Assembly: GCA_963837955.1 (NCBI GenBank)
Contig: CAWIPH010000001.1
Span: 64,001 to 128,000 of the forward strand
DNA: 64,000 nt
Source of the DNA: an uncultured Verrucomicrobiae bacterium
GTDB lineage: Bacteria; Verrucomicrobiota; Verrucomicrobiia; Chthoniobacterales; JAFAMB01
Direction: 5' to 3'
Part shown: positions 28,434 through 36,685 of the stretch, piece by piece
How the letters are laid out: the number at the start of each line of letters is the position of its first letter
Position numbering within the stretch: the stretch's first letter is position 1
The notes under the pieces: model-generated
What the model was told of the DNA's origin: nothing
Seen by the model: the letters and a program-made list of their open reading frames with translations, nothing else
Database searches by the model: none
Program-made: the position numbers and the translations under genes

Positions 28434-29555
28434 TTATTTCAGTGGCAATCGATATACACCAAATGGCTCGGAAATCTTGCTCACTCCGTGATTAAAACGT
28501 GGCATCAAGTGAATCTGTGAGTTGGTCACATAAAGGGAGCCGTCTGGCCCAAAACTCAACGTGTCAGGCCATTTTAGCCTTGCGTCTTTCGTCACTACTT
28601 CCAGCTGCTTGGTGGCTAAATTAGTCCGCACGATGGCGTCCTGTTCGATTGCGGTGGAGTAAATAAATCCGTTGCGAAACGCCAGTCCGTCGGCAGCCGG
28701 AACGGTCGCGACCGTCTCGATGCCTTTGGAGAGATCGGCATCGGTCAGATTGATGTTTTCAAGATCCCGGACCGGAATTCGGTAAAGAGTGCGTCCAGTC
28801 AACGCTTGATAATAAATGAAGCCGCCTTCCTTATCGTAGGCGATTCCATCCGAATGAATCTGCACTGGTTCTCCGCTCTTCGGGTCGATAAGCTTAACGC
28901 CTTCTATGTTGAGGGTGACCGATGGTTCGCCTTTCGTTGAGGGATGATTCTGCAGCACTCGACGGGATTGCCCGTTTTTTAGATCGACGACAACAAGTCC
29001 GCCGATGCCAGAATCGGTGACAAATGCGAACCCGTTCTGCGTGTCAATCCGCACATCGTTGAGATAGCTCTTCTTCGGCGCAACCGAGTCCGGGAATACA
29101 ATGTCCCGAACGACTTTGTTGGTCTTCAGATCGATCTTTACGAGTTTTGCGCCTCCCGAAACAACACCTTCGAATTTAACGGAGGCGGGATCAAGGACCC
29201 AGAGCGCGCCTTGGTCGTCCGCCACGACGCTTTGGACACAGACGAAGCGCCGATCGACCGGACCTTCACTCGAGTTCCAATTTTCATCAGGATACGGGGC
29301 CAACCCACTCTTCTCGTTCAGCTCAGCAACTGAAAGCGAATGACCGTCTGACCAATACGGAAAGTTGACAAAGATGCGCCCGTCTGACGCTACGGTAATC
29401 CCAGTAACTTGCTGAGCAGGAAAACCCGCGACCAGCTGAAGGTTCGGATCCTGTTGAGCGTTGGCAGGTAGGATGAGAAGAAGAAACATTAGCGACGCGA
29501 GTTTGTGCGGGACAGCTCGTGACGGCCGAAGGTAAGGAGTTAGTATCATTTTCAT
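28434..29555 (-). CDS. Major royal jelly/yellow-like beta-propeller protein (L-dopachrome tautomerase-related)
   Basis: GRIFVNFP, PYPDENWN, VQSVVAD..LWVLD, YLNDVRID, SDGIA and WPDT motifs. Start uncertain. Confidence 0.88.
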   Translation of the reverse strand: MKMILTPYLRPSRAVPHKLASLMFLLLILPANAQQDPNLQLVAGFPAQQVTGITVASDGRIFVNFPYWSDGHSLSVAELNEKSGLAPYPDENWNSSEGPVDRRFVCVQSVVADDQGALWVLDPASVKFEGVVSGGAKLVKIDLKTNKVVRDIVFPDSVAPKKSYLNDVRIDTQNGFAFVTDSGIGGLVVVDLKNGQSRRVLQNHPSTKGEPSVTLNIEGVKLIDPKSGEPVQIHSDGIAYDKEGGFIYYQALTGRTLYRIPVRDLENINLTDADLSKGIETVATVPAADGLAFRNGFIYSTAIEQDAIVRTNLATKQLEVVTKDARLKWPDTLSFGPDGSLYVTNSQIHLMPRFNHGVSKISEPFGVYRLPLK

Positions 29556-29594
29556 ATAAAACAATCCGCTGGTTTCGTACTCAGCGAACGGCGG

Positions 29595-29632
29595 GCGGAC
29601 GCTTCGGTAGGGACGCGCTCCCGCGCGTCCGT
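29595..29632. repeat. GTAG-type REP hairpin (GGTAGGGACGCGCTCCCGCGCGTCC)
   Basis: GTAG tetranucleotide followed by a GGACGCGC/GCGCGTCC palindrome. Confidence 0.6.
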
Positions 29633-29649
29633 CGGTCTCTACCGCCGAT

Positions 29650-30600
29650 TCACTCGATCGGTTGCGGCACTTTGAGTGGCGGCAAGGTTTTGTGGAGAAA
29701 ACGGCGCTCGCACTCGAGCCATTCCGGGAGTTGCAGCTTTGATCCGAGCGATTCGCGCGGTTCGTCAACGGTAAATCCAGGAGGATCAGTAGCGATTTCG
29801 AATAATACTTCACCCGGTTCACGAAAATAAACGGAACGAAAATATTTTCGATCTCGCACCGGAGTCACACCAATCCCAGCGTTACTTAGCTTCGACTGCC
29901 AGGCCAATTGTTCATCGTCATTTGCGACCCGCCACGCGACATGATGAACCGTTCCCGGCCCGATCGTTCCGGGCTGGCGACGACCGAGCGCGACGACCTC
30001 AATAAAGCCGACCTTTTCCGTCTCACCAAGAACGAACAAGGCTGAGGCGTCGGCTGTTGCTTGTAGACTTGCGCCCAGGCGGTCAGCAAAGAATCGAAGA
30101 GAGTCCGTGCCAGCGACCACCGACATGGTGATGCCGAACAACCCCCGAATCGCGAATGATTCTGGTATTCCCCCGCCCTTCCAAAATGCGAACGGTCTCG
30201 GGGTGGGATCTTCCACAATTTCGAGCTTCATTCCATCCCGATCGTTGAATTCCAACCGAGTGAAATTCCAGCGGTGGACAGGGGGCGAAACCTCGACAGA
30301 ACGCTTCTGCAGATATTCCTGCCAAAAAGGGAGCGAGCCCATAGGTACTGCAAAACTGACGCTAGCTATCTGACCGGTTCCGGCCGTTCCTCTAAAATTC
30401 TGGGCCAAAGGGAAAAAAGTCAGAATGGTTCCGGGAGAACCGACGGCATCACCGTAATAAAGATGATACGTATTCGGGTCGTCGAAATTGACAGTGAGCT
30501 TGACCAGACGGAAGCCAAGGATGCCGCAATAAAAATCGACGTTCGTTTGAGGGTCACCTGCCATTGCGGTGACGTGGTGAATTCCTTTCAGTGACTCCAT
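29650..30600 (-). CDS. Ring-cleaving dioxygenase (MhqO-like VOC family)
   Basis: GIHHVTA, TVNFDDPNTYHLYYGD, GTVHHVAW and DRKYFRSVYFREP..LFEIAT motifs. Confidence 0.93.
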   Translation of the reverse strand: MESLKGIHHVTAMAGDPQTNVDFYCGILGFRLVKLTVNFDDPNTYHLYYGDAVGSPGTILTFFPLAQNFRGTAGTGQIASVSFAVPMGSLPFWQEYLQKRSVEVSPPVHRWNFTRLEFNDRDGMKLEIVEDPTPRPFAFWKGGGIPESFAIRGLFGITMSVVAGTDSLRFFADRLGASLQATADASALFVLGETEKVGFIEVVALGRRQPGTIGPGTVHHVAWRVANDDEQLAWQSKLSNAGIGVTPVRDRKYFRSVYFREPGEVLFEIATDPPGFTVDEPRESLGSKLQLPEWLECERRFLHKTLPPLKVPQPIE

Positions 30601-30687
30601 AACGAAGAGGTGCCTGTCTGCGCCTTTTCTCTCGTTCAAGCAGCACAATAATCAAGAGTAGCCTGATCCCGCCGTGGAACCAGGAAA

Positions 30688-30952
30688 GTAGCCTGATCCT
30701 CCCTCCTTCGTTCCCCCAAAACCCACAAACTACGGCGGGCAAGCCAGGCTCAGGAGGGTACAGCGTGCAAGAGGTGAGAAGTGATTGGTGATTAGTGAGA
30801 GAAGGCGGTGGGAGACTTCTCCGAGGATTTGCCGATAGGCATCCACCATTCACCAATCACTTCTCACTCTCACAATCTCTGGAGTCCTGAGGCTGGCTTG
30901 CCCGCCGTAGTTTGTGGGTTTTGGGGGAACGAAGGAGGGAGCATCGGGCTAC
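30688..30952. repeat. Family B REP doublet/MITE with ~67-bp terminal inverted repeats
   Basis: GTAGCCTGATCCTCCCTCCTTCGTTCCCCCAAAACCCACAAACTACGGCGGGCAAGCCAGGCTCAGGA has a near-perfect inverse at 30885-30952. An extra GTAGCCTGATCC lies at 30658. Confidence 0.88.
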
Positions 30953-30958
30953 AAAGCG

Positions 30959-31678
30959 TCAGTTACCGAACGAAAATAAATTCCACCTTTTTTTCTCGTC
31001 CGAGCTGGAAAGTTTCGCCACGAGAGTGTTGTGGAATGGCGCTTTCGCCGGGACTCCTTGGAATGTCGGCATCACGTAGGTATTCATCGCGACGCTCACG
31101 ATATCGCGAGACATCTTCAGGCGCCGATGCGTGTTCACGAACGTCGTTGGATCTTGGTAGTTGTTGAAATCGCGGGTGAAGGCGGTATGCACAACGCCAA
31201 TTGTGAGATTTTTGTGCACTTCGAAATGCAGATGGGGCGGATAAAGTCCGTGGGCATTACCAATCGTACCGATCTGTTGTCCTTTGCTGACGGGCTGACC
31301 TTCAGCGACCAAAATCTTATCTAAGTGCCCGTAGAGCGAGTCGACGAACTTGATCTGACCACCTTCAATATAGGCGTGTCGGACTACAACCACGTTGCCC
31401 CATGCCCGCCGGAAGTCGCGAGCGAGCGTTACTACGCCAATTCCGATTGAGCTAACCGGCTTCTGATAAGCAACGCCTGGACCAGCAGCGCTAACCCAAT
31501 CCTCACCGAGATGACCAACAATGGAAAACCCGCGAGACTTACAATACCCGTCTGCATTTGGGCCTCCTACCGGAAAGTCAAACCCGTCAGCAATCCGGGT
31601 AGCAGAAGTATTTGAATCGCAAAGTGCGGAAGTGACGAAGGCGAAAGCGAGTCCAATCGCAAGCAACAACCTGGACAT
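30959..31678 (-). CDS. M23-family peptidase, exported
   Basis: HLGED, WGNVVVVRH, SLYGHL and PHLHFE motifs. Confidence 0.92.
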   Translation of the reverse strand: MSRLLLAIGLAFAFVTSALCDSNTSATRIADGFDFPVGGPNADGYCKSRGFSIVGHLGEDWVSAAGPGVAYQKPVSSIGIGVVTLARDFRRAWGNVVVVRHAYIEGGQIKFVDSLYGHLDKILVAEGQPVSKGQQIGTIGNAHGLYPPHLHFEVHKNLTIGVVHTAFTRDFNNYQDPTTFVNTHRRLKMSRDIVSVAMNTYVMPTFQGVPAKAPFHNTLVAKLSSSDEKKRWNLFSFGN

Positions 31679-32015
31679 GCCGCAAGGTTTTAGACGTGAA
31701 TCCAGCAGATCGCAAGTCGCAAAAGCAAATTTGCGACAATTTTTAAATTTTGAGACTTACGGAGTTTTTTAGAAGGATGACAATCCTCGACTCAGTTGGA
31801 TTTCATCATTTCCTCGAATCCGCTCTCGAGTTTGGCTTTGCGTCCAGCGCCAAGCGATCCGGCTCGAGCAGGCTTTAGAGTTGCGCTATCGGCCCTTCAG
31901 CGGAAGCCGCTCCCTTTAGGCGTTAGTATCGGTTAGCCGTTTGCCGTCCACACTGAGCGGATTATCGCTGGTGTCGAGGCGTGGGTAGAGTTCCACACGC
32001 ACGAGCTAGCACACG

Positions 32016-32087
32016 CGGCTCAAACCCGGCGCGGACCACCCAAATAGACATGCCAAGTCACCAGCGCGCCGAGGTTTTCGCCCTACC
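32016..32087 (-). repeat. Family A GTAG REP-like element
   Basis: CGGCTCAAACCCGGCGCGGAC...CGCGCCGAGGTTTTCGCCCTACC arms are shared with 35871-35942. Confidence 0.8.
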
Positions 32088-32109
32088 GAACAGGAATCCC
32101 GTCTTCCCT

Positions 32110-33309
32110 TCAGGCGTACGAACCGCTGCTGACGATTCCCAGCGCTGCGCGTCGTTCTTTCCGCTCTTTCGCTACGCTCGCTTCGTAACCACTTTCACGA
32201 AATGCGCGCAGAGGCGATTCGGGGATACCGCGCTTTTTTCGCCATTGGCGCAAGACGGGCCGGACATCGGTGGCATACGCGTCCCGCAGCAACTCCTCAG
32301 CATCGATCTGCGCATTTCGTTTTTGGAGTCGACTCAGCTCCGCGTGATCAACGAGCACAGCCTTGGCAAATAGTTCCTGGGCTGTTGCGACGGTTTGAAT
32401 CATCGCCTCGATTTTCGGCTTATCGATGTGCGATTGGTCGATCATGTACGCCAGTTCCGGCTTGGTCCCGGATTCCCATTCGAAAAAGAGGATCTCGTGA
32501 AAAATTCGGAAAACCTGGTAGGGATCAATCGATCCGAGCGTCAGATCGTCGTCTGCATAGCGGCGATCATTGAAATGGAAGCCTCCAAGCATCCCTTCAT
32601 CCAATAGCCAAGCAACGATCTGCTCGATATTCTGCGTGGTATAATGGTGACCGGTATCCACCAAGACTTTTCCCTGTGGACCAATCTCTTTCGCGACGAC
32701 GTAAGCCATTCCCCAGTCGGCCAGGTCGGTATGATAAAATGCAGGTTCGAAAGGCTTGTATTCCACGAGCATCACTTGATCAGGACTGAGTGCTTCACCA
32801 ACTTCTTTGAGACAGTCGGTCATCGCCCGCTTACGCCATCGGATATTCGCTTGGCCCGGATAATTAGATCCGTCGGCAAACCAGAGCGAAAGATATTTGC
32901 TGCCTACCTTCTTAGCAATCTCGACACTATCGAGAAGATGCCGCTTGGCGGCGGAGCGCGCCGCCTCATCCTGATTGCAAACGGAACCATACTTATAAAC
33001 CTGGTCCTGAAAGACGTTAGGATTGACGGCGCCCAACCGAATTCCCAGTTTTTTAGCGCGCTCGACCACCGTCAGCGGATCTTCGCCCGGTTGAAAATCC
33101 CACAGCACATGTACTGCTACGGTGGGACAGCAACCGGTGTACCGATGGACTTGCGCTGCGTCGGCCAATTTATCATCCATGGTGATGGCGGCAGCGTCCT
33201 GGAGAAACTTGCCAAAGCGAGTGCCCGTATCGGCAAAGGCCCAACTCGCTGTCTCGATCTGGAAATGATCGAGCGCGTCTAATATTTTCTGGGATTGAAT
33301 TTCTTGCAT
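32110..33309 (-). CDS. rhaI: L-rhamnose isomerase (RhaI type)
   Basis: SWAFADTGTRF, EYKPFEPAFY.TD.ADWG, VDTGHH, FHFNDRRYADDDL and MIDQSH motifs. Confidence 0.9.
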   Translation of the reverse strand: MQEIQSQKILDALDHFQIETASWAFADTGTRFGKFLQDAAAITMDDKLADAAQVHRYTGCCPTVAVHVLWDFQPGEDPLTVVERAKKLGIRLGAVNPNVFQDQVYKYGSVCNQDEAARSAAKRHLLDSVEIAKKVGSKYLSLWFADGSNYPGQANIRWRKRAMTDCLKEVGEALSPDQVMLVEYKPFEPAFYHTDLADWGMAYVVAKEIGPQGKVLVDTGHHYTTQNIEQIVAWLLDEGMLGGFHFNDRRYADDDLTLGSIDPYQVFRIFHEILFFEWESGTKPELAYMIDQSHIDKPKIEAMIQTVATAQELFAKAVLVDHAELSRLQKRNAQIDAEELLRDAYATDVRPVLRQWRKKRGIPESPLRAFRESGYEASVAKERKERRAALGIVSSGSYA

Positions 33310-33384
33310 AGAAAACGATTCACCACGGGGGCGCGGAGTGTAACGAAGAGAATAGCCAAACTACAGATTTCACAGATTGATTAA

Positions 33385-33457
33385 AAACCACAAATTGACG
33401 CGAAGACACGAATTGAGCTCCTCTTTAATTCGCGTCGATTCATGTCTATTCGCGGTT
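33385..33457. repeat. Imperfect inverted repeat built from ACACGAAT/ATTCGTGT-like 9-10-mers
   Basis: AACCACAAATTGACGCGAAGACACGAAT...ATTCGCGTCGATTCATGTCTATTCGCGGTT. A related copy lies near 6145-6192. Confidence 0.6.
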
Positions 33458-33508
33458 TATATTCCGGTCATAAGGGGCCTCTGGCGACCGCCGTCGTTTC
33501 CGCTCCAA

Positions 33509-34216
33509 TCAAGCGTTAGTTTTCAACCAAGACTCACCCGCTACAAACAATATAGTTAGTTTTTTGGGACCGTGCGCACCAAGCACAAGAATCCGTTCGA
33601 TGTCCGCCGTGCGGCTGGGGCCAGTGACAAATGTACAGAAGCTCGGAAATTTGTCGCCGTAGCGTCGCTGAAGCAGTTCAAAAGCGGCTGGCAAATCGGG
33701 AAGAAGTTGCGATTCATGGGCCACCACCAAGTGATGGGGTGGCAGAACTGACAGCGATCTCCCTCCCGCGCTTCTAGCAGTAAGCAGAACGCCCCCCGTT
33801 TGCGCAACGAGCGCATCACATAGGGTGATCCCGGCAGCCACTTTTTCCAACTCGGCAGTAGCAGTTTGTGCCGCAACTTCTAAAGTCGAGATTCCCAAAT
33901 CTCGGACCAATCCGCCCAACACAGCGTCCGCCTGGTGGGCGATTAATTTCCATCCCTCTGTTTTGGCAGTTTCAGCCAGCTGTTGCGCTGCCTCAGCAAG
34001 ACCGGCGCAGCGCACAAAATTGGTCTTCAGGTCGGCGCTTTGCCGCGCAAATAGGGTTATCCGTTCGGAATGCTCTTCGGGAACCTGTGGAAGCCACTGC
34101 CGGAATCCCGCACCACTCTCGACACTTACTGCCGGTCCATGTCCCGAACTCGGGTGTTTGGCCGGGTAGCGGACAGCCTCGCGGATCCGTTCCAAGATTT
34201 GTTCGCGGGAGCTCAT
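33509..34216 (-). CDS. lutC: Lactate utilisation protein C (LUD domain)
   Basis: MSSREQILERIR start and the TGPSRTADIE..LVLGAHGP motif. Confidence 0.92.
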   Translation of the reverse strand: MSSREQILERIREAVRYPAKHPSSGHGPAVSVESGAGFRQWLPQVPEEHSERITLFARQSADLKTNFVRCAGLAEAAQQLAETAKTEGWKLIAHQADAVLGGLVRDLGISTLEVAAQTATAELEKVAAGITLCDALVAQTGGVLLTARSAGGRSLSVLPPHHLVVAHESQLLPDLPAAFELLQRRYGDKFPSFCTFVTGPSRTADIERILVLGAHGPKKLTILFVAGESWLKTNA

Positions 34217-34268
34217 AGGGGCCAAAAGTGAGTGATCGATTTCGTCCTCGAACCTAGTAGACGCGCGT

Positions 34269-35666
34269 TCATGAACGTCTCCTTCTCCAAATGTCGCGGA
34301 ACGATCGACTAGCAAAGACGGGGAGATCTCTGCTTTTGGTCCACGCGCGGGCAGGATCCAACGCGGACCCGTTGACCAAACGGTGAAGCGGTTGAAAAAG
34401 GCGGCCGGCCCGAGTTGCTATGCGGTACCAAAACGGATGGTTCATCAGGAACGCGAAAAGGCGGAATGCGCTGCGCCCGATTATCCCATCCGCCGCAGCG
34501 ACCGCATTGCGCCGGTTGTGCAAAAGATGGTGATGCAAATCGATGCGAACAGGACAAGTCTCCGTACAAGCTCCGCAAAGCGAAGATGCTTGCGAAAGGT
34601 GCTGCCATTCGGACAAACCGCGGAGATGAGGCGTGATGACCGATCCGATCGGTCCTTGATAGGTAGTCGCGTAGGTATGTCCGCCGACATTGCGAAAGAT
34701 CGGACAAACGTTCAAGCAGGCTCCACAACGAATACAATGGAGAGCGTCCCGCTGTTCCACATCGGCCAAAAGGTGGGTGCGACGATTGTCGAGCAGGATA
34801 ACGTGCATCTCTTCCGGACCATCCAGTTCATCAGGTTGGCGGGGGCCTCCGACCATTGAATTGTAACAAGTCATCTGCTGACCGGTTCCGGCCGTCGCTA
34901 GCATCGGAAGAAACAAGGCAAGATCGGACAACTTCGGGACGACTTTCTCTATACCAAGCAGCGCAACGTGAATTTTTGGAAGGCTGAGAGTTAATCGAGC
35001 GTTGCCTTCGTTTTCGGTGATCGAAATCATTCCGGTTTCAGCCACCGCAAAGTTTGCCCCGGTGATTCCGATATCGGCTTTGATATACTCCTGCCTAAGC
35101 GCGGCTCGAGCCGTCATGGTTAGCGCTTCGGGATCCGAGGTCGACTCGGCACCGAGTTTTTTTTGAAACAGCTCGCTGATCTGACTTCGAGTCAGATGCA
35201 TCGCCGGAAAGACGATATGATACGGCGCTTCCTCTCGGAGCTGGACGATATATTCACCCAGGTCGGACTCGATTACTCGAAAGCCGGCAGATTCCAGCTC
35301 TTCGTTCAGATGAATTTCTTCGGAGACCATCGTCTTCGACTTGATGATCGAACGCGCACCCTTTTGCCGAGCCAGATCAAGAATATATTTGCGGGCCTCG
35401 GCTGAATCATTGGCCCAGAATACCTTCGCTCCTCGCGCCGAAATGTTGCGCTCGAATTCAAGTAGGTAGCGATCAAGATGATTGATGCATTCCCACTTTA
35501 TTTCTGCTGCGGCGGTCCGCGCAGATTCCCAGTCCTGAAAGCGGGCGGCATTGTTGCCCCGGACGATCTCGTAGCCGCGGATCGCCTTCCGAATCATCCC
35601 TCGATGCGTTAGGTCGGAGGTGAACTTGGTGGCTTCCTTTTTAAATATTTCCGCGGTGGTTGCCAT
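34269..35666 (-). CDS. lutB: Lactate utilisation iron-sulfur protein B
   Basis: KSKTMVSEE, ENEGNARL, CIRCGACLNVCP and SSLCGAC.ETCP motifs. Confidence 0.95.
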   Translation of the reverse strand: MATTAEIFKKEATKFTSDLTHRGMIRKAIRGYEIVRGNNAARFQDWESARTAAAEIKWECINHLDRYLLEFERNISARGAKVFWANDSAEARKYILDLARQKGARSIIKSKTMVSEEIHLNEELESAGFRVIESDLGEYIVQLREEAPYHIVFPAMHLTRSQISELFQKKLGAESTSDPEALTMTARAALRQEYIKADIGITGANFAVAETGMISITENEGNARLTLSLPKIHVALLGIEKVVPKLSDLALFLPMLATAGTGQQMTCYNSMVGGPRQPDELDGPEEMHVILLDNRRTHLLADVEQRDALHCIRCGACLNVCPIFRNVGGHTYATTYQGPIGSVITPHLRGLSEWQHLSQASSLCGACTETCPVRIDLHHHLLHNRRNAVAAADGIIGRSAFRLFAFLMNHPFWYRIATRAGRLFQPLHRLVNGSALDPARAWTKSRDLPVFASRSFRDIWRRRRS

Positions 35667-35723
35667 TTATGGGGGAAATTAGGTGCAGAAGACGATGGCG
35701 TTCAACTCATGCCGGTGCGGACG

Positions 35724-35942
35724 CCCCTGATCGGTAGGGCGAAAGCCTGATACCGTCTCAGCGGGATCGGCTTGAGCCGCATGTGGTGATACCCGAGATA
35801 TCGTTTAGGCGATGTTCGAAGGGAGTGATGAACGCATGCAGAAAAGCACGCGAGTCCCGGTTGCACAGAACGGCTCAAACCCGGCGCGGACAAGGCCACA
35901 ACCATCACAGCGTTTCCGACGCGCCGAGGTTTTCGCCCTACC
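35724..35942. repeat. Inverted pair of family A GTAG REP-like units (REPIN-like) between lutA and lutB
   Basis: GGTAGGGCGAAA at 35733 (+ strand unit 35724-35779) and TTTCGCCCTACC ending at 35942 (- strand unit 35871-35942). Confidence 0.8.
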
Positions 35943-35965
35943 AGCCATGGCTTGGTGGTCAAGCT

Positions 35966-36685
35966 CTACGACCATTGGGCCAGCACCTCCGCGAGATGGA
36001 TCGCCTTCATTTTGGAACCGGTTCGCTTTAACAATCCTTCCAAATGCATTAAACAGCTCGAGTCGTTCGAAATCAGATACTCGGCTCCAGTCTGAGTGGC
36101 CAAATCACATTTCGTTTCACCCATAGCGGTGGAGATCATCGGGAATTTCACAGCAAACAGTCCTCCAAATCCGCAACAAACGTCGGCGTCTTCCATTTCG
36201 ACCAATTCCAACTCGCGGACGTGGCTGAGGAGAATCCGTGGTTGGGAGCGAACGCCGAGTTCGCGCAGTCCATGGCAACCGTCATGAAAGGTCGCTTTGC
36301 CTGGAAACCGGCTCTGCAGATCGGTCACACCCAGACGATCGACCACAAACTGAGAAAACTCGTAGGTCCGTTCGGCTAACGCTTTTGCGGCCTTGGCCTG
36401 GTCCGAGTTTTGGAAAATCTCCGGATAAAAAACGCGCATCATCGTGGCACATGACCCGGAAGGTACGACAATGGCCTCGGCGCCCTGCAGACGGCTAACC
36501 ACTCGAGTCGCAACACTGCGGGCATCGTCCCAGCAACCGGCGTTAAAGGCCGGTTGCCCGCAACATGCCAAACTCTCATCAAAATCAATCTGGTGGCCTA
36601 GCTTTTCTAGCACCCTGACTACGCTCTCGGCCACCTCCGGATAAAACTGGTCAACGTAACAAGGAACGAAGAGCGCAATTTTCAC
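35966..36685 (-). CDS. lutA: Lactate utilisation protein A (Fe-S, CCG domains)
   Basis: CCGQPAFNAG, SGSC, FHDGCH and CCGFGG motifs. Confidence 0.95.
   Translation of the reverse strand: MKIALFVPCYVDQFYPEVAESVVRVLEKLGHQIDFDESLACCGQPAFNAGCWDDARSVATRVVSRLQGAEAIVVPSGSCATMMRVFYPEIFQNSDQAKAAKALAERTYEFSQFVVDRLGVTDLQSRFPGKATFHDGCHGLRELGVRSQPRILLSHVRELELVEMEDADVCCGFGGLFAVKFPMISTAMGETKCDLATQTGAEYLISNDSSCLMHLEGLLKRTGSKMKAIHLAEVLAQWS

Noticed and set aside
29556..29822. N-terminal extension of the royal-jelly-like ORF
   Set aside because: It overlaps the dioxygenase 3' end and a REP hairpin, and the composition is not protein-like.
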